Program-made: the position numbers and the translations under genes | Assembly: GCA_041691135.1 (NCBI GenBank) | Contig: JBEPVF010000001.1 | Coordinates: forward strand, 160,001 to 224,000 | DNA from: Candidatus Peribacteria bacterium | GTDB taxonomy: Bacteria > Patescibacteriota > Gracilibacteria > Peribacterales > Peribacteraceae | Direction of reading: 5' to 3' | Length of the DNA: 64,000 bases | The notes under the pieces: generated by a model | Told to the model about the DNA's origin: nothing | Databases searched by the model: none | The model's input: only the letters and a program-made list of their open reading frames with translations | Shown: positions 32,018-40,910 of the stretch, piece by piece | Numbering within the stretch: position 1 is the first letter of the stretch | Layout: each line of letters opens with the position of its first letter

Positions 32018-32226
32018 GGGCGCTGCCGCTTTCTCCGGAGCAATCGCAAAGAAGCATATTCATCGTGCGCTCTTGCCGTACCCTTCCCCAACCCTCTTCT
32101 ATTATGTCCTTCCCCGTACCAGCGTGTGGGAGGACCGGGGAAGGTGCTCCGCAGAGCGGATGGGGTGCATCAGCCCACGATGAATCGGCTTACTGCCACT
32201 GCTCCGCGCAGAAAGCGACAGCGCCC
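32018..32226. ncRNA. ~210-nt rod-shaped structured RNA, 6S RNA-like
   Basis: nested pairings GGGCGCTG.CGCTTTCT/AGAAAGCG.CAGCGCCC, CGGAGCA/TGCTCCG, ATTCATCGTG/CACGATGAAT, a large internal bubble, then CCTTCCCCG/CGGGGAAGG. Confidence 0.55.
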
Positions 32227-32311
32227 AAATCATTAAACTGATACCCGTTTCATTTCTGGTTCCGCACTTCTTGCGTCTTTGAAATTCCCTGAATCTTTCA
32301 AGAATATTTTA

Positions 32312-32339
32312 TTGACTCACTCATCATTCCAAGTAAAAT
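32312..32339 (+). promoter_or_regulatory. sigma70-type promoter for the leader region
   Basis: TTGACT-N16-TAAAAT; predicted TSS falls at or next to GTG 32347. Confidence 0.7.
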
Positions 32340-32346
32340 CTCACTC

Positions 32347-32427
32347 GTGACTACCTTACACCGCTCCTCCGGCAACACCATGATGCAGATGATGATGCCA
32401 CGATTGCGAGGGCGGGTAACTGCATAG
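32347..32427 (+). CDS. Met-rich leader peptide 1 (26 aa)
   Basis: GTG start, (M)TTLHRSSGNTMMQMMMPRLRGRVTA*; 3' part overlaps the antiterminator arm. Confidence 0.7.
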   Translation: MTTLHRSSGNTMMQMMMPRLRGRVTA

Positions 32428-32477
32428 TCACACTCTATGTTCCCGAAATTCCCCTCGCATCGATCGCGGGGTTTTTT
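32401..32477 (+). terminator. attenuator 1 (antiterminator/terminator)
   Basis: TGCGAGGG..CGGGTAA..CATAG pairs with CTATG-TTCCCG..CCCTCGCA; alternative terminator CCCCTCGC..GCGGGG-TTTTTT at 32451-32477. Confidence 0.75.
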
Positions 32478-32496
32478 GTAGCCAAAAAGAAATCTC

Positions 32497-32592
32497 ATGA
32501 ACCTTCCTCAATTCTCTCCTAACGGCAGCATTACAAACATCACCACCATGATGAGTATGTGCATGCGTGTCCCGCGGGCGATGAGAGTATGA
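32497..32592 (+). CDS. Met-rich leader peptide 2 (31 aa)
   Basis: MNLPQFSPNGSITNITTMMSMCMRVPRAMRV*. Confidence 0.7.
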   Translation: MNLPQFSPNGSITNITTMMSMCMRVPRAMRV

Positions 32593-32643
32593 GAGAAATG
32601 GAACTCATAACTCACCCTGCGGGACTGCTGCAGGGGAGTTTTT
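32569..32643 (+). terminator. attenuator 2 (antiterminator/terminator)
   Basis: GTCCCGCGGG..TGAG..TATGAG pairs with CTCATAACTCACCCTGCGGGAC; alternative terminator AACTCACCCTGC..GCAGGGGAGTT-TTT at 32609-32643. Confidence 0.75.
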
Positions 32644-32666
32644 CTATTTCTTTTATATTTTCTCTC

Positions 32667-33620
32667 ATGACTCATAATTTTCCAACCTATTCACTTCTCC
32701 TTTCCGATACGTACGGTTCCTTCAATGACGATCCACTTCAGGCCCCCTTTGATCCTGATGTCACGACTTTGACCGATCTTGCGATCGTCCGCGATGCAAT
32801 TGAGCATGGTGATCAGGAATTACCATCGCTTCGCTATAACCAAAAGGTCCCCATTCGCGGAAGAGAAGAGGCACTGGCTCATCATCTTTTACACTTGTTA
32901 GTTGACTGGCACGATCAATACGAAGACATCCTGCGGTCTGCAGATATTTATAATGGCGTTTTCATCAATGCAGCTAGCCGGGACCGCATTGGTGGCATAG
33001 AACCATTCTCAGTGGCAGAAACAGACAATAATCTCCGCGTTGTCACGAGCAACTTGTCTTACCTGAGTGGCATAAAAAATAGAGTCAAATCCTTGAAGAC
33101 TATTCCAAATCAAGATAACCATCTGTTTCCCAATGGTACGCAATTTCGCTCAGAAGTGACGCATCTACTACTGCGCCGAAATAATACAAAAGCGAAACTT
33201 GTGGAGAGAAATACATCCGACATACCGCATGATTCGAAGGATAATGATTTGCGCGTGCAATTTGTCGACACCTTTGGCAACCTTATCACTGGTAATGAAC
33301 GTACGACTGAAGAAATTTTGCCGCGCCTGACTCAGGCAGCACACAGCGAACGCCGTCGCATTAAAATTATCATCGGCGAAAATGGGTCACATCAAACACT
33401 GCCTGGCTATGCAAGTACATCACTTGAAGCAGGAGAGACCGGAAAAGTTCTAGCATACGAAAACGGTAGACATGTTGATATCGTACGAAAATGGTTACCC
33501 GGCGAAAGCGCCAAAGTCACTACCGAAAAATCAGCGTACGTCTTGGCAGGCCGTCCCACAGAGAGGCAAGCAAAAGTGAGAATAGCCTTCGAAAGCGAGG
33601 AAGGTTTTGAAAACCTATAG
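32667..33620 (+). CDS. divergent DUF62 / SAM hydroxide adenosyltransferase (SAM hydrolase)-like protein
   Basis: N-terminal LLLSDTYG..DP, FINAASR, TQFRS, and C-domain FVDTFGNLIT matching the family D.FGN..T signature. Confidence 0.65.
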   Translation: MTHNFPTYSLLLSDTYGSFNDDPLQAPFDPDVTTLTDLAIVRDAIEHGDQELPSLRYNQKVPIRGREEALAHHLLHLLVDWHDQYEDILRSADIYNGVFINAASRDRIGGIEPFSVAETDNNLRVVTSNLSYLSGIKNRVKSLKTIPNQDNHLFPNGTQFRSEVTHLLLRRNNTKAKLVERNTSDIPHDSKDNDLRVQFVDTFGNLITGNERTTEEILPRLTQAAHSERRRIKIIIGENGSHQTLPGYASTSLEAGETGKVLAYENGRHVDIVRKWLPGESAKVTTEKSAYVLAGRPTERQAKVRIAFESEEGFENL

Positions 33621-33628
33621 GCACCGCT

Positions 33629-33667
33629 GTAGAGCAATCATTTTTTAAAAGGTGATTGCTCTGCTTT
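33629..33667 (+). terminator. hairpin downstream of the DUF62-like gene
   Basis: AGAGCAATCA..TGATTGCTCT 10-bp stem. Confidence 0.6.
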
Positions 33668-33746
33668 AAAGGCTACGGAATGACAATGGATTGCTTTGTC
33701 AGCTTCTTATATACTGCTACACTAAACCCGTCTTCTCCCGCTTTTT

Positions 33747-34406
33747 ATGGCTGATCAAACCACTGGAACGAATCCACCGCCACGACCCGGCGACCCGGTA
33801 CCGGAGGGTGGGTTAGATCCCACGCAAGTATTTGCCACGCCGCCTTCGATGGCACCGCAGGGCGGAGCTGCAGGTGCGCAGCAAGGAGCTGCTGCCGGGC
33901 AACAAGGAGATCAGGGAGCCGCGCCTCAGCCGGACCAGGGTCCGCCTCCGCCGCCTCCAGGCACGGTCGCGACCAAGGAAATGGGATACGACGACGAAGA
34001 TATTCGCGTTTTGGGCGAAGTGGGCAACTACCGCTTCGGCAGTATCAGCGCCACACTCAACAATGATCATTTGATGATTCCGGCCCATCCGGAAACGGTG
34101 TTCGATGAGCAGTTCTTTCTCGCGCTCTTGCGCGGAAGCATCTCACTCACGCGCGACGAAAAGTGGCGCATCATCCAAGCCATCCCCAAGTTGAGTCAGT
34201 TTCAAATCGATGAACTGCAGAAAATCCTGGACGAGGAGCGTCACAAGTTCAGCGAACTCTCGCCCAAGCACCTGCTCCAGTTGATGAAGCTCGAACAGAA
34301 GCACTCCGAAGACTGGCGCGACCTGCAATCGATCAATATCCAACAGGGAGCCAAGCAGGCCGAACAGTCGCAGGCGGAAGAGATCAGAAAGCAACTCGGC
34401 CTTTGA
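33747..34406 (+). CDS. hypothetical protein with P/Q/G-rich N-terminus
   Basis: typical codon style; low-complexity N-half and helical C-half (SISLTRDEKWRII..LSQFQIDEL). Confidence 0.75.
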   Translation: MADQTTGTNPPPRPGDPVPEGGLDPTQVFATPPSMAPQGGAAGAQQGAAAGQQGDQGAAPQPDQGPPPPPPGTVATKEMGYDDEDIRVLGEVGNYRFGSISATLNNDHLMIPAHPETVFDEQFFLALLRGSISLTRDEKWRIIQAIPKLSQFQIDELQKILDEERHKFSELSPKHLLQLMKLEQKHSEDWRDLQSINIQQGAKQAEQSQAEEIRKQLGL

Positions 34407-34438
34407 TGTTGTCTTTCCGCTGATTTGTCTGAATCCTT

Positions 34439-34969
34439 TTAAATATTTTGATGAAACAAAAACAACGCCACCAATCCAAGTACCGTCAGTCCCGCTCCGG
34501 TAAGCAAGCCACGTCCGAAAAGGCGGTGTACTGAGGAGAGGAGAAGAAACAAAAAGGCGCCGAAGGTGAAGGAGAGAACAATCGGCGACCAGAACAGATC
34601 ATCAATGTATGGTAACTGAAACGGAAATTTGCGGAGGAATTGGTACGAGCCCAACGCATAGATCAAAAAATACCAAGCCAGTAACCAGCCGGCATACAAT
34701 CGCAATGTATCGATGATCGGATAGTATAATCCGCCCGTACGCTTTGCGGTGCTTGTTTCCAATACAACGGGAGTCGCCGTCGTTTCGTGTTCCGTCACTT
34801 GCCAGGCGACCGGTTCTTCTTTTTTGATCGGATCAACTTCTTCGATTGAATCAATTTGCACATTCATCTGCCGCAGTGCTGCACGCGCCGCCTGTATGTT
34901 GAGCGCATCGATCATTCCTTGTGCGGCCTCGCCTTGTTCGTCGTGAGAGGTATAACGGAATAGGGGCAT
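34439..34969 (-). CDS. membrane protein with PilC/GspF-like N-terminal motif
   Basis: MPLFRY...QG...QGMIDA start and three C-terminal TM helices. Confidence 0.65.
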   Translation of the reverse strand: MPLFRYTSHDEQGEAAQGMIDALNIQAARAALRQMNVQIDSIEEVDPIKKEEPVAWQVTEHETTATPVVLETSTAKRTGGLYYPIIDTLRLYAGWLLAWYFLIYALGSYQFLRKFPFQLPYIDDLFWSPIVLSFTFGAFLFLLLSSVHRLFGRGLLTGAGLTVLGLVALFLFHQNI

Positions 34970-35024
34970 GGAGGGGATTGTACTATGCCTCTTATAAGGC
35001 GGCCATCATAAGATGACGGGCTGC

Positions 35025-35153
35025 TGAGGAAACCGACGGACCAAGGCAACCAAGAATATTAAGAGAGTATTGGAGATGATAGTAATTGCGAGAAAAAAAG
35101 AAGCCGAGGATGTCCTCGGCTTCTTCCGTACATTGATTCCGTTGGTTTCCTCA
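35025..35153. repeat. inverted repeat with internal minus-strand terminator
   Basis: TGAGGAAACCGACGGA / TCCGTTGGTTTCCTCA (1 mismatch); inner AAGAAGCCGAGG..CCTCGGCTTCTT preceded by an A run. Confidence 0.6.
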
Positions 35154-36086
35154 CGAAGGTGTTGCCGTCGTAACATTCTTCAAAATATATTCGATCTGCG
35201 TCCTGAGGCTTGCTGGTCCGCTGATTTCGAAGTGACGGTTCTCAGTCCATGCACGATAACCGGTAACTGTGTCACCCTGCACCTTGATTTGTCCGTCAGA
35301 GGCGCCTGTCGATTCCACAGAACCAGACATGAGGTTAACCGCAATCGGCCCGTCACCCATGTTCTGAATTTCTTCATTGCTCAATTCTACGTGCCACAGG
35401 AAGGAGGTCGTCGCCCCGTACGATTTGTACCACGAGTTCTTGTGCACCGGAATGCAGAAGCCGATATGGGACGAACAATACTGTTGGCTCCAACTGGCGA
35501 TATCCATGTTGTACTTTGCCATCACATCGATGCGCGCCTGTTTGGCCGCATCGGCATCGATGCTCGATCCTGCACTGGAAAACGTCTGCTCGGCCGAAGA
35601 CGATTGTGCCGCCATTTGACGTGACGATGACTGAAGAGAATGCGCACTGGATGATTCACTGCTCATATTGAACGACTCTTGCGACGAAGAAGATGAGGCG
35701 TCGAAGGCGGTTACCTGCATGACATTCATGATTGTGCCACCGGCTTCTGCCGTCGGTTGTTCGTCACCGAACACCTCCACTTCTTTTCCGACGAAAGAAT
35801 CCAAATCCAGGGTCTGGCTCTTGAGCAAGATGAAACGACCGTCATCGAGTGTGAGCCGATGCGTGCCTTCCTGGTAAAATGAGATCCCGGCTTTGTCGAG
35901 CATACCGCGATAGCGCACATCCGCCGTGACAGTTGCCTCGCTCACCGAGCTGGACGACAAGACCATCTCCATTGATGAACTTGAGGCCGCATCCGGTAAT
36001 GTCGATGAGGGATTTGCTTGCTGGGAAAAACAGGCTCCAAGCCCCAGAGAAAGTAGGGCGATGCCGGCGGGAATGATCTTCTTCAT
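35151..36086 (-). CDS. Ser-rich putative lipoprotein
   Basis: MKK-hydrophobic-LGAC lipobox; Ser-rich linkers between two domains. Confidence 0.75.
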   Translation of the reverse strand: MKKIIPAGIALLSLGLGACFSQQANPSSTLPDAASSSSMEMVLSSSSVSEATVTADVRYRGMLDKAGISFYQEGTHRLTLDDGRFILLKSQTLDLDSFVGKEVEVFGDEQPTAEAGGTIMNVMQVTAFDASSSSSQESFNMSSESSSAHSLQSSSRQMAAQSSSAEQTFSSAGSSIDADAAKQARIDVMAKYNMDIASWSQQYCSSHIGFCIPVHKNSWYKSYGATTSFLWHVELSNEEIQNMGDGPIAVNLMSGSVESTGASDGQIKVQGDTVTGYRAWTENRHFEISGPASLRTQIEYILKNVTTATPS

Positions 36087-36277
36087 AAGGTAAAGAATGG
36101 AGGAAATCGTAGGCGATAGTATTCATCAGCTATGACGATAGTACTATACACCTTTCACCAATCTGATTTGACTTTTTTCGTCACCAAACGCTGGCAGTAG
36201 TTAGAACGGCCGAATTGCCGGAATTCCGCTTTCAGAAGACCTTCTGCAGCCGTTCAACTTCTGCTATACTGTAGCAA

Positions 36278-36997
36278 ATGAACAAACACCGCGTTCACAT
36301 CTATCAATCACGGCTACACCTCCTGTGGACGGGTTTCTTCTTGATCCTCCCGTTCGCGTTCCTCTTCATCTACTCGCACTTCGCTAAGATCGCGAGCGCG
36401 ACTCTGTTCTACGATGTCCTGGTATCGAGCATTCGCTTGGCAATTGCCTATTTTGTTGCCGCTGCATTGGCCTGGCTCTCCGCAGTCCTCTTTTCGCATG
36501 GTCGACGTTCCATCATTGCGCTGCCGATTTTTGACGTGCTGCAGAGCTTTCCGACATTCGCCGCTCTTCCGCTTGGCGTGATGTTGTGGGGCGAAACGAA
36601 CTTCACAGTCATCTTCTTCCTGGTCATCACCATCATCTGGCCGATTTTCTTTTCGGTCCTCAGCTCCACCCGCCTGGCCAAGCACGACTGGCAGGAGGCG
36701 GTGTTCATCGCTCGTTTGCAGGGATGGGATTATCTGCGCCTGTATCTATGGCCCGTCACGATTTCGGGGCTCATCACCGGATCGATCATCGGACTCGGCG
36801 AAGGATGGGAAGCGCTCGTGGCTACCGAAATGATCGTGGGCATGAAGAATGGATTGGGTCCGTTTTTCCAGATGTATTCGCAGAATTCCAGCATCACCGC
36901 TTTCGGTATTCTGGGTCTGCTGATTCTCATCTTCGGCATCAACAAGATTATCTGGATTCCCTTACTCGACTGGAGCCATCAGAAAATGGAAGAGTAA
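36278..36997 (+). CDS. ABC transporter permease (NitT/TauT-like)
   Basis: DVLQSFP, EA..IARL.GW, W..LVATE motifs; six TM helices. Confidence 0.85.
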   Translation: MNKHRVHIYQSRLHLLWTGFFLILPFAFLFIYSHFAKIASATLFYDVLVSSIRLAIAYFVAAALAWLSAVLFSHGRRSIIALPIFDVLQSFPTFAALPLGVMLWGETNFTVIFFLVITIIWPIFFSVLSSTRLAKHDWQEAVFIARLQGWDYLRLYLWPVTISGLITGSIIGLGEGWEALVATEMIVGMKNGLGPFFQMYSQNSSITAFGILGLLILIFGINKIIWIPLLDWSHQKMEE

Positions 36998-37012
36998 CCT
37001 CCTCACCACACT

Positions 37013-37759
37013 ATGCAACCTGCCATTCATCTTCAATCGATTACGAAAACGTTCCACGATGCGAGCGGCAAAGAACTAACCGCCTTGGACCGCGTGTCCA
37101 TCGATATTCAAAGCGGTGAGTTTTTCCTGTTTGTCGGTCCTTCCGGCTGCGGAAAATCCACCATCCTGCGCATCATGAGCGGACTCGATAAGGATTATCA
37201 TGGCAAGCTCGTCTACGACAGCTCCATCGATCCGTCCAAGTTCAGTTTTGTGTTCCAGCATTTCGCCCTCCTTCCATGGCTGACCGTGGCACAGAATGTC
37301 GAAACCGGTTTGATCGGCCGTCACATGCCACCTGACGAGCGCAAAAGTACGGTACAAGCGGAATTGAAACTGCTCGGCCTCGACCGGTTCGCCAAAAGCT
37401 ATCCGCACCAGCTGTCGGGAGGTATGCAGCAACGCGTCGGCATTGCACGCGCATTGGCCACAAAGCCGTCAGTCATGTTCATGGACGAACCGTTTTCCGA
37501 ACTGGATTCATTCACAGCCGAGGAACTTCGCAAAGAATTGCTGCAGGTATGGGAGGAACGCAAAATGACGATCATCATGGTCACGCATATCGTGGAAGAA
37601 GCACTGGAACTCGGCGACCGTATCGCCGTGATGACACCGCGCCCCGGCAAAATCGAACAGATCGTCGAAAACCGCCTGCCCCGTCCCAGATCTCTCCGAT
37701 CGAAGGAATTTTTCGAAATGGAAGATACGCTATATGCATTAATCAGAAATCAAAAATAA
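37013..37759 (+). CDS. ABC transporter ATP-binding protein (NitT/TauT-like)
   Basis: GPSGCGKST, FQHFALLPW, LSGGMQQRV, MDEPFS, VTH motifs. Confidence 0.92.
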   Translation: MQPAIHLQSITKTFHDASGKELTALDRVSIDIQSGEFFLFVGPSGCGKSTILRIMSGLDKDYHGKLVYDSSIDPSKFSFVFQHFALLPWLTVAQNVETGLIGRHMPPDERKSTVQAELKLLGLDRFAKSYPHQLSGGMQQRVGIARALATKPSVMFMDEPFSELDSFTAEELRKELLQVWEERKMTIIMVTHIVEEALELGDRIAVMTPRPGKIEQIVENRLPRPRSLRSKEFFEMEDTLYALIRNQK

Positions 37760-37829
37760 AAGACGTCCGTGACTAGCATGCTGTGATCGAAGTCGCATCG
37801 GTTCCTTCTGGCATCTTGGTCAATTTTCG

Positions 37830-38192
37830 TTATTCCAAATACGCCTGTATGCGCGGCCATAATTCATCCTCATCCATATCGCTCTTCACAATGAAATCGA
37901 GAACACCCAGCTGTTTGCATTTGGCCTGATCCATTTCGTCACTCAAGTTGGAGAGAACGATGACGGGAAAAACGTAGCCGTGATCGCGGATGTGTAACAG
38001 TACGGCGTACCCATCCATTTTCGGCATGAGCAGATCAAGCATCAGCAGATCGGGTTGTTCGGCATTGATACGCGTAATGGCATCCACGCCGTTGGATACG
38101 ACACTTACCTGCAGATCGTGATCCTGAAGTGTCAGCTGAATCGTCTCGCGCAGGAAGGGTTCGTCTTCGGCGAGCAACACTTTTTTAGTCAT
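37830..38192 (-). CDS. single-domain response regulator
   Basis: VLLAEDE, PDLLMLDLLMP, FIVK. Confidence 0.92.
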   Translation of the reverse strand: MTKKVLLAEDEPFLRETIQLTLQDHDLQVSVVSNGVDAITRINAEQPDLLMLDLLMPKMDGYAVLLHIRDHGYVFPVIVLSNLSDEMDQAKCKQLGVLDFIVKSDMDEDELWPRIQAYLE

Positions 38193-40801
38193 AGGGAGTG
38201 GGGAATATCGTAGGACAAGAACACGGAGAACGTCGTTCCTTTGCCTTCTTCCGATGAAAAGGTAATAGTGCCGCCGAGCAATGCGACGGTAATGAATACC
38301 AGATACAGTCCCAAACCTGTTCCATCCGGTTCTTTGGAAATGGCATTGTCGGCCCGGAAGAATTTCTGAAACACCCTCTCCTGCTGGTGCAAAGGAATTC
38401 CGACACCCGTATCCTGTACATCGATGCGCATCCGGCCGTTATCATCCGTAATCCGCACGTCCACCCGTCCGCGTTCTTCGGTATATTTGAATGCGTTGCG
38501 AAGAAGATTCGAGAGAACTTCTTTGAGCAACAGCCGATCGGAGTGAACATCGTGCTTTTGTAATACTTCGATGGAAAACAGCTGTTCCTTCCAGGAAAAT
38601 TCAGCTTCCGATTCGCGTTGGATGCTTTCGATCATTTCACGCACATCGATGGATTCGTGCTTCACTTTGATCTGTCCGGCTTCGATGCGCGAAATTGTGA
38701 GCATGGCATTGATGGTTTCAGCCATGAGTTGCGTGGCATTTTTGGCTGCCGTCAGCATGCTGCGCTGCGCATCATCCAGATTTTTTTCCGTCTTATTCAA
38801 ACGACCGAGCGCCCATCGCACAGTGGTGAGCGGCGTACGCAGCTGGTGCGACGCCAGCGACATGAACTCGGATTTGGCGGCATCGATCCGCTTCTCGTGC
38901 GTGATGTCGCGGAAAAGGAACAGCAAGCCCCTGTTTACGTCATCGACCATGATACTGAGGAAGTCACTCGATAAAATGCGACCATCGACCAACACAATTT
39001 CCTGACCCAATTGTTCGACATTCTGAAGAATGGCGATCTTCAGCAGCGCCACATATCGCTCCGGCTCGCGTAATTGTTTCTGAAGCATACTGATGACTTC
39101 TTGACCGGACTTGCCGATAAGCGTGTCGGCGGACATATCCAGATTGAACATCCGGCAAAAGCGCTGATTCACGTGCAATATTTTCTGCTGCTCATCGGTG
39201 GCAATAGCAGCCATGGGCAGGTTGTCGATCGCTCCTTTCAACCGCTGCAGATTCGCTTTGTCTTTCACTTCGGCTTCGGTGCGTACGGCGATTTCATTCT
39301 TCAAATCACGGTTGGCCGCTTTCAGTTCACTCGTACGCTCGATCACCCTTTTCTCCAATTCATTGTTGAGCGTACGCACTTCGGACTCCGCCCGTTTGCG
39401 TTCGGTGATCTCCTCCTGCGCTTCCAAATACAGACGGGAATTCTCCACTGCCAATGCCGCTCGTTGTGCCAGATCTTCCGCCAATGCCAAGTCACTCTGC
39501 GTATAGCTCCGATCGGATTCTGCTGACACAAAAACAATGGCGCCCAGAGTTTTGCCGCGGATCAAGAGCGGCACGATCATGACCGATTTCATCCCGATCT
39601 CTTTTACAATGCGTAACTGCTTTTCGTCTTTGATGGACTGACGCAACAGGTCATCGGTAATGAGCGGATAGAGCTCGGACTTTCCCGTTCGCATCACGCG
39701 CGCCACACCTTGTTCTGCATTTGGATCGGACGCATTTTTTTTATTGAGTTCTTTGGCCCACTGAACTTTCTTTCGATCCACATGCTCCACAGCTACGTTA
39801 TGTATGGCTCCGGTCTCATCAACCAGATCCACGCTGCACCAATCGGCGAAACGCGGCACCACCAGCCGGGCGACACTCACCAGTGTCGTCTGATAATCCA
39901 AAGATGAAGCCAGGATATTGCTGGCGTCCGACAGGAATCTGAGCACGTTTTCGTTGCGCTTCTGTTCAGTGATGTCCTGAAAAATATTGAGTGCGTATTC
40001 CACCTCGCCTTTGCGGTCCAGCACGGGCAACGACTTGTACAACGACCAGCGCTCTTCACCGGTTGCCAACACCCTGAAACTCAACATTTTCTCACTTTCT
40101 TCACCAAGCAATGCTTTGCGTCCCGGCATGTCGGTAAGTGCAACCGGATTACCGTCCGCATCTTTCAAATCGAACTTCTGCATGATGTTTGCAACCGAAT
40201 CGGTAAGCAGCGCTTCAACGCTGGGATAACCGATCAGTTCCGCCGCCTTGTCATTGGCATACAAAAGCGAGCCGTCCGGACGCTGCAGGGTAATACCTTC
40301 AGCTACTCCGCGCAAAATAACCGCCAGTTGGTCATATGAGCGTTGTAACTCATTCTCCATCCGTATTCGATCGGTTATATTTCGCGCAATGGAACACGCA
40401 GCGATGACAATCCCGGCGTCATCTTTGATGGGTGATACGGACACCGAAACGTTAATGTACTGCCCATCACGACGCCTGCGAATGGTTTCGAAATGCTCTA
40501 CCGGCCGGCCTTTGCGGATATGACTCATGATCACATCAAACTCATTTTGCCGATCGGCAGGAATGAGGGTGTTGACGTGCTTGCCCAGAATCTGTTTGGC
40601 CGTGTAGCCGTACATCTGTTCGGCGCTCTTGTTCCAGTCGACGATCTTGCCGGACAATGTTTTGATAAAGATCGCATCTTCGGACAATTCGACGACACTC
40701 GCATAGAACTGCCTGGACACTTGTTCCTCTTTCCAAGGCGTTTTCGGCCGCCGCACTCGAGTCATCTGTCGAGCCGTTGCAGAGCGGGGGGAGGGGACCA
40801 T
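38189..40801 (-). CDS. PAS/GAF sensor histidine kinase
   Basis: three PAS domains, GAF (ADWCSVD), SEFMSLASHQLRTPLT, NAFKYT, DTGVGI, GTGLGL. Confidence 0.92.
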   Translation of the reverse strand: MVPSPRSATARQMTRVRRPKTPWKEEQVSRQFYASVVELSEDAIFIKTLSGKIVDWNKSAEQMYGYTAKQILGKHVNTLIPADRQNEFDVIMSHIRKGRPVEHFETIRRRRDGQYINVSVSVSPIKDDAGIVIAACSIARNITDRIRMENELQRSYDQLAVILRGVAEGITLQRPDGSLLYANDKAAELIGYPSVEALLTDSVANIMQKFDLKDADGNPVALTDMPGRKALLGEESEKMLSFRVLATGEERWSLYKSLPVLDRKGEVEYALNIFQDITEQKRNENVLRFLSDASNILASSLDYQTTLVSVARLVVPRFADWCSVDLVDETGAIHNVAVEHVDRKKVQWAKELNKKNASDPNAEQGVARVMRTGKSELYPLITDDLLRQSIKDEKQLRIVKEIGMKSVMIVPLLIRGKTLGAIVFVSAESDRSYTQSDLALAEDLAQRAALAVENSRLYLEAQEEITERKRAESEVRTLNNELEKRVIERTSELKAANRDLKNEIAVRTEAEVKDKANLQRLKGAIDNLPMAAIATDEQQKILHVNQRFCRMFNLDMSADTLIGKSGQEVISMLQKQLREPERYVALLKIAILQNVEQLGQEIVLVDGRILSSDFLSIMVDDVNRGLLFLFRDITHEKRIDAAKSEFMSLASHQLRTPLTTVRWALGRLNKTEKNLDDAQRSMLTAAKNATQLMAETINAMLTISRIEAGQIKVKHESIDVREMIESIQRESEAEFSWKEQLFSIEVLQKHDVHSDRLLLKEVLSNLLRNAFKYTEERGRVDVRITDDNGRMRIDVQDTGVGIPLHQQERVFQKFFRADNAISKEPDGTGLGLYLVFITVALLGGTITFSSEEGKGTTFSVFLSYDIPHSL

Positions 40802-40910
40802 GGAGTGGTCATTGTAACAAACTTTTATGCGAAGAAAATTCTCGCTCCAGGTACATAGCTGAGAACCGGGTAGATAGAGTATGATGACGGCATCTCTTCA
40901 CTTTTCTTAC

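Noticed and set aside
32018-32226. SRP RNA, RNase P RNA or tmRNA
   Set aside because: Lacks the CAGG-GNRA-AGCA helix 8, the GAGGAAAGTCC P4 motif, and tRNA-like ends on either strand.
32340-32660. SAM riboswitch or T-box upstream of the DUF62-like gene
   Set aside because: No SAM-I core (ATC.AGAG/GCAACC) or T-box (GGTGGxACC) motif is visible; the pairings are explained by leader-peptide attenuation.
32559-32666. N-terminal extension of the DUF62-like ORF from GTG 32559
   Set aside because: It runs through attenuator 2 and its T tract; ATG 32667 fits the family N-terminus better.
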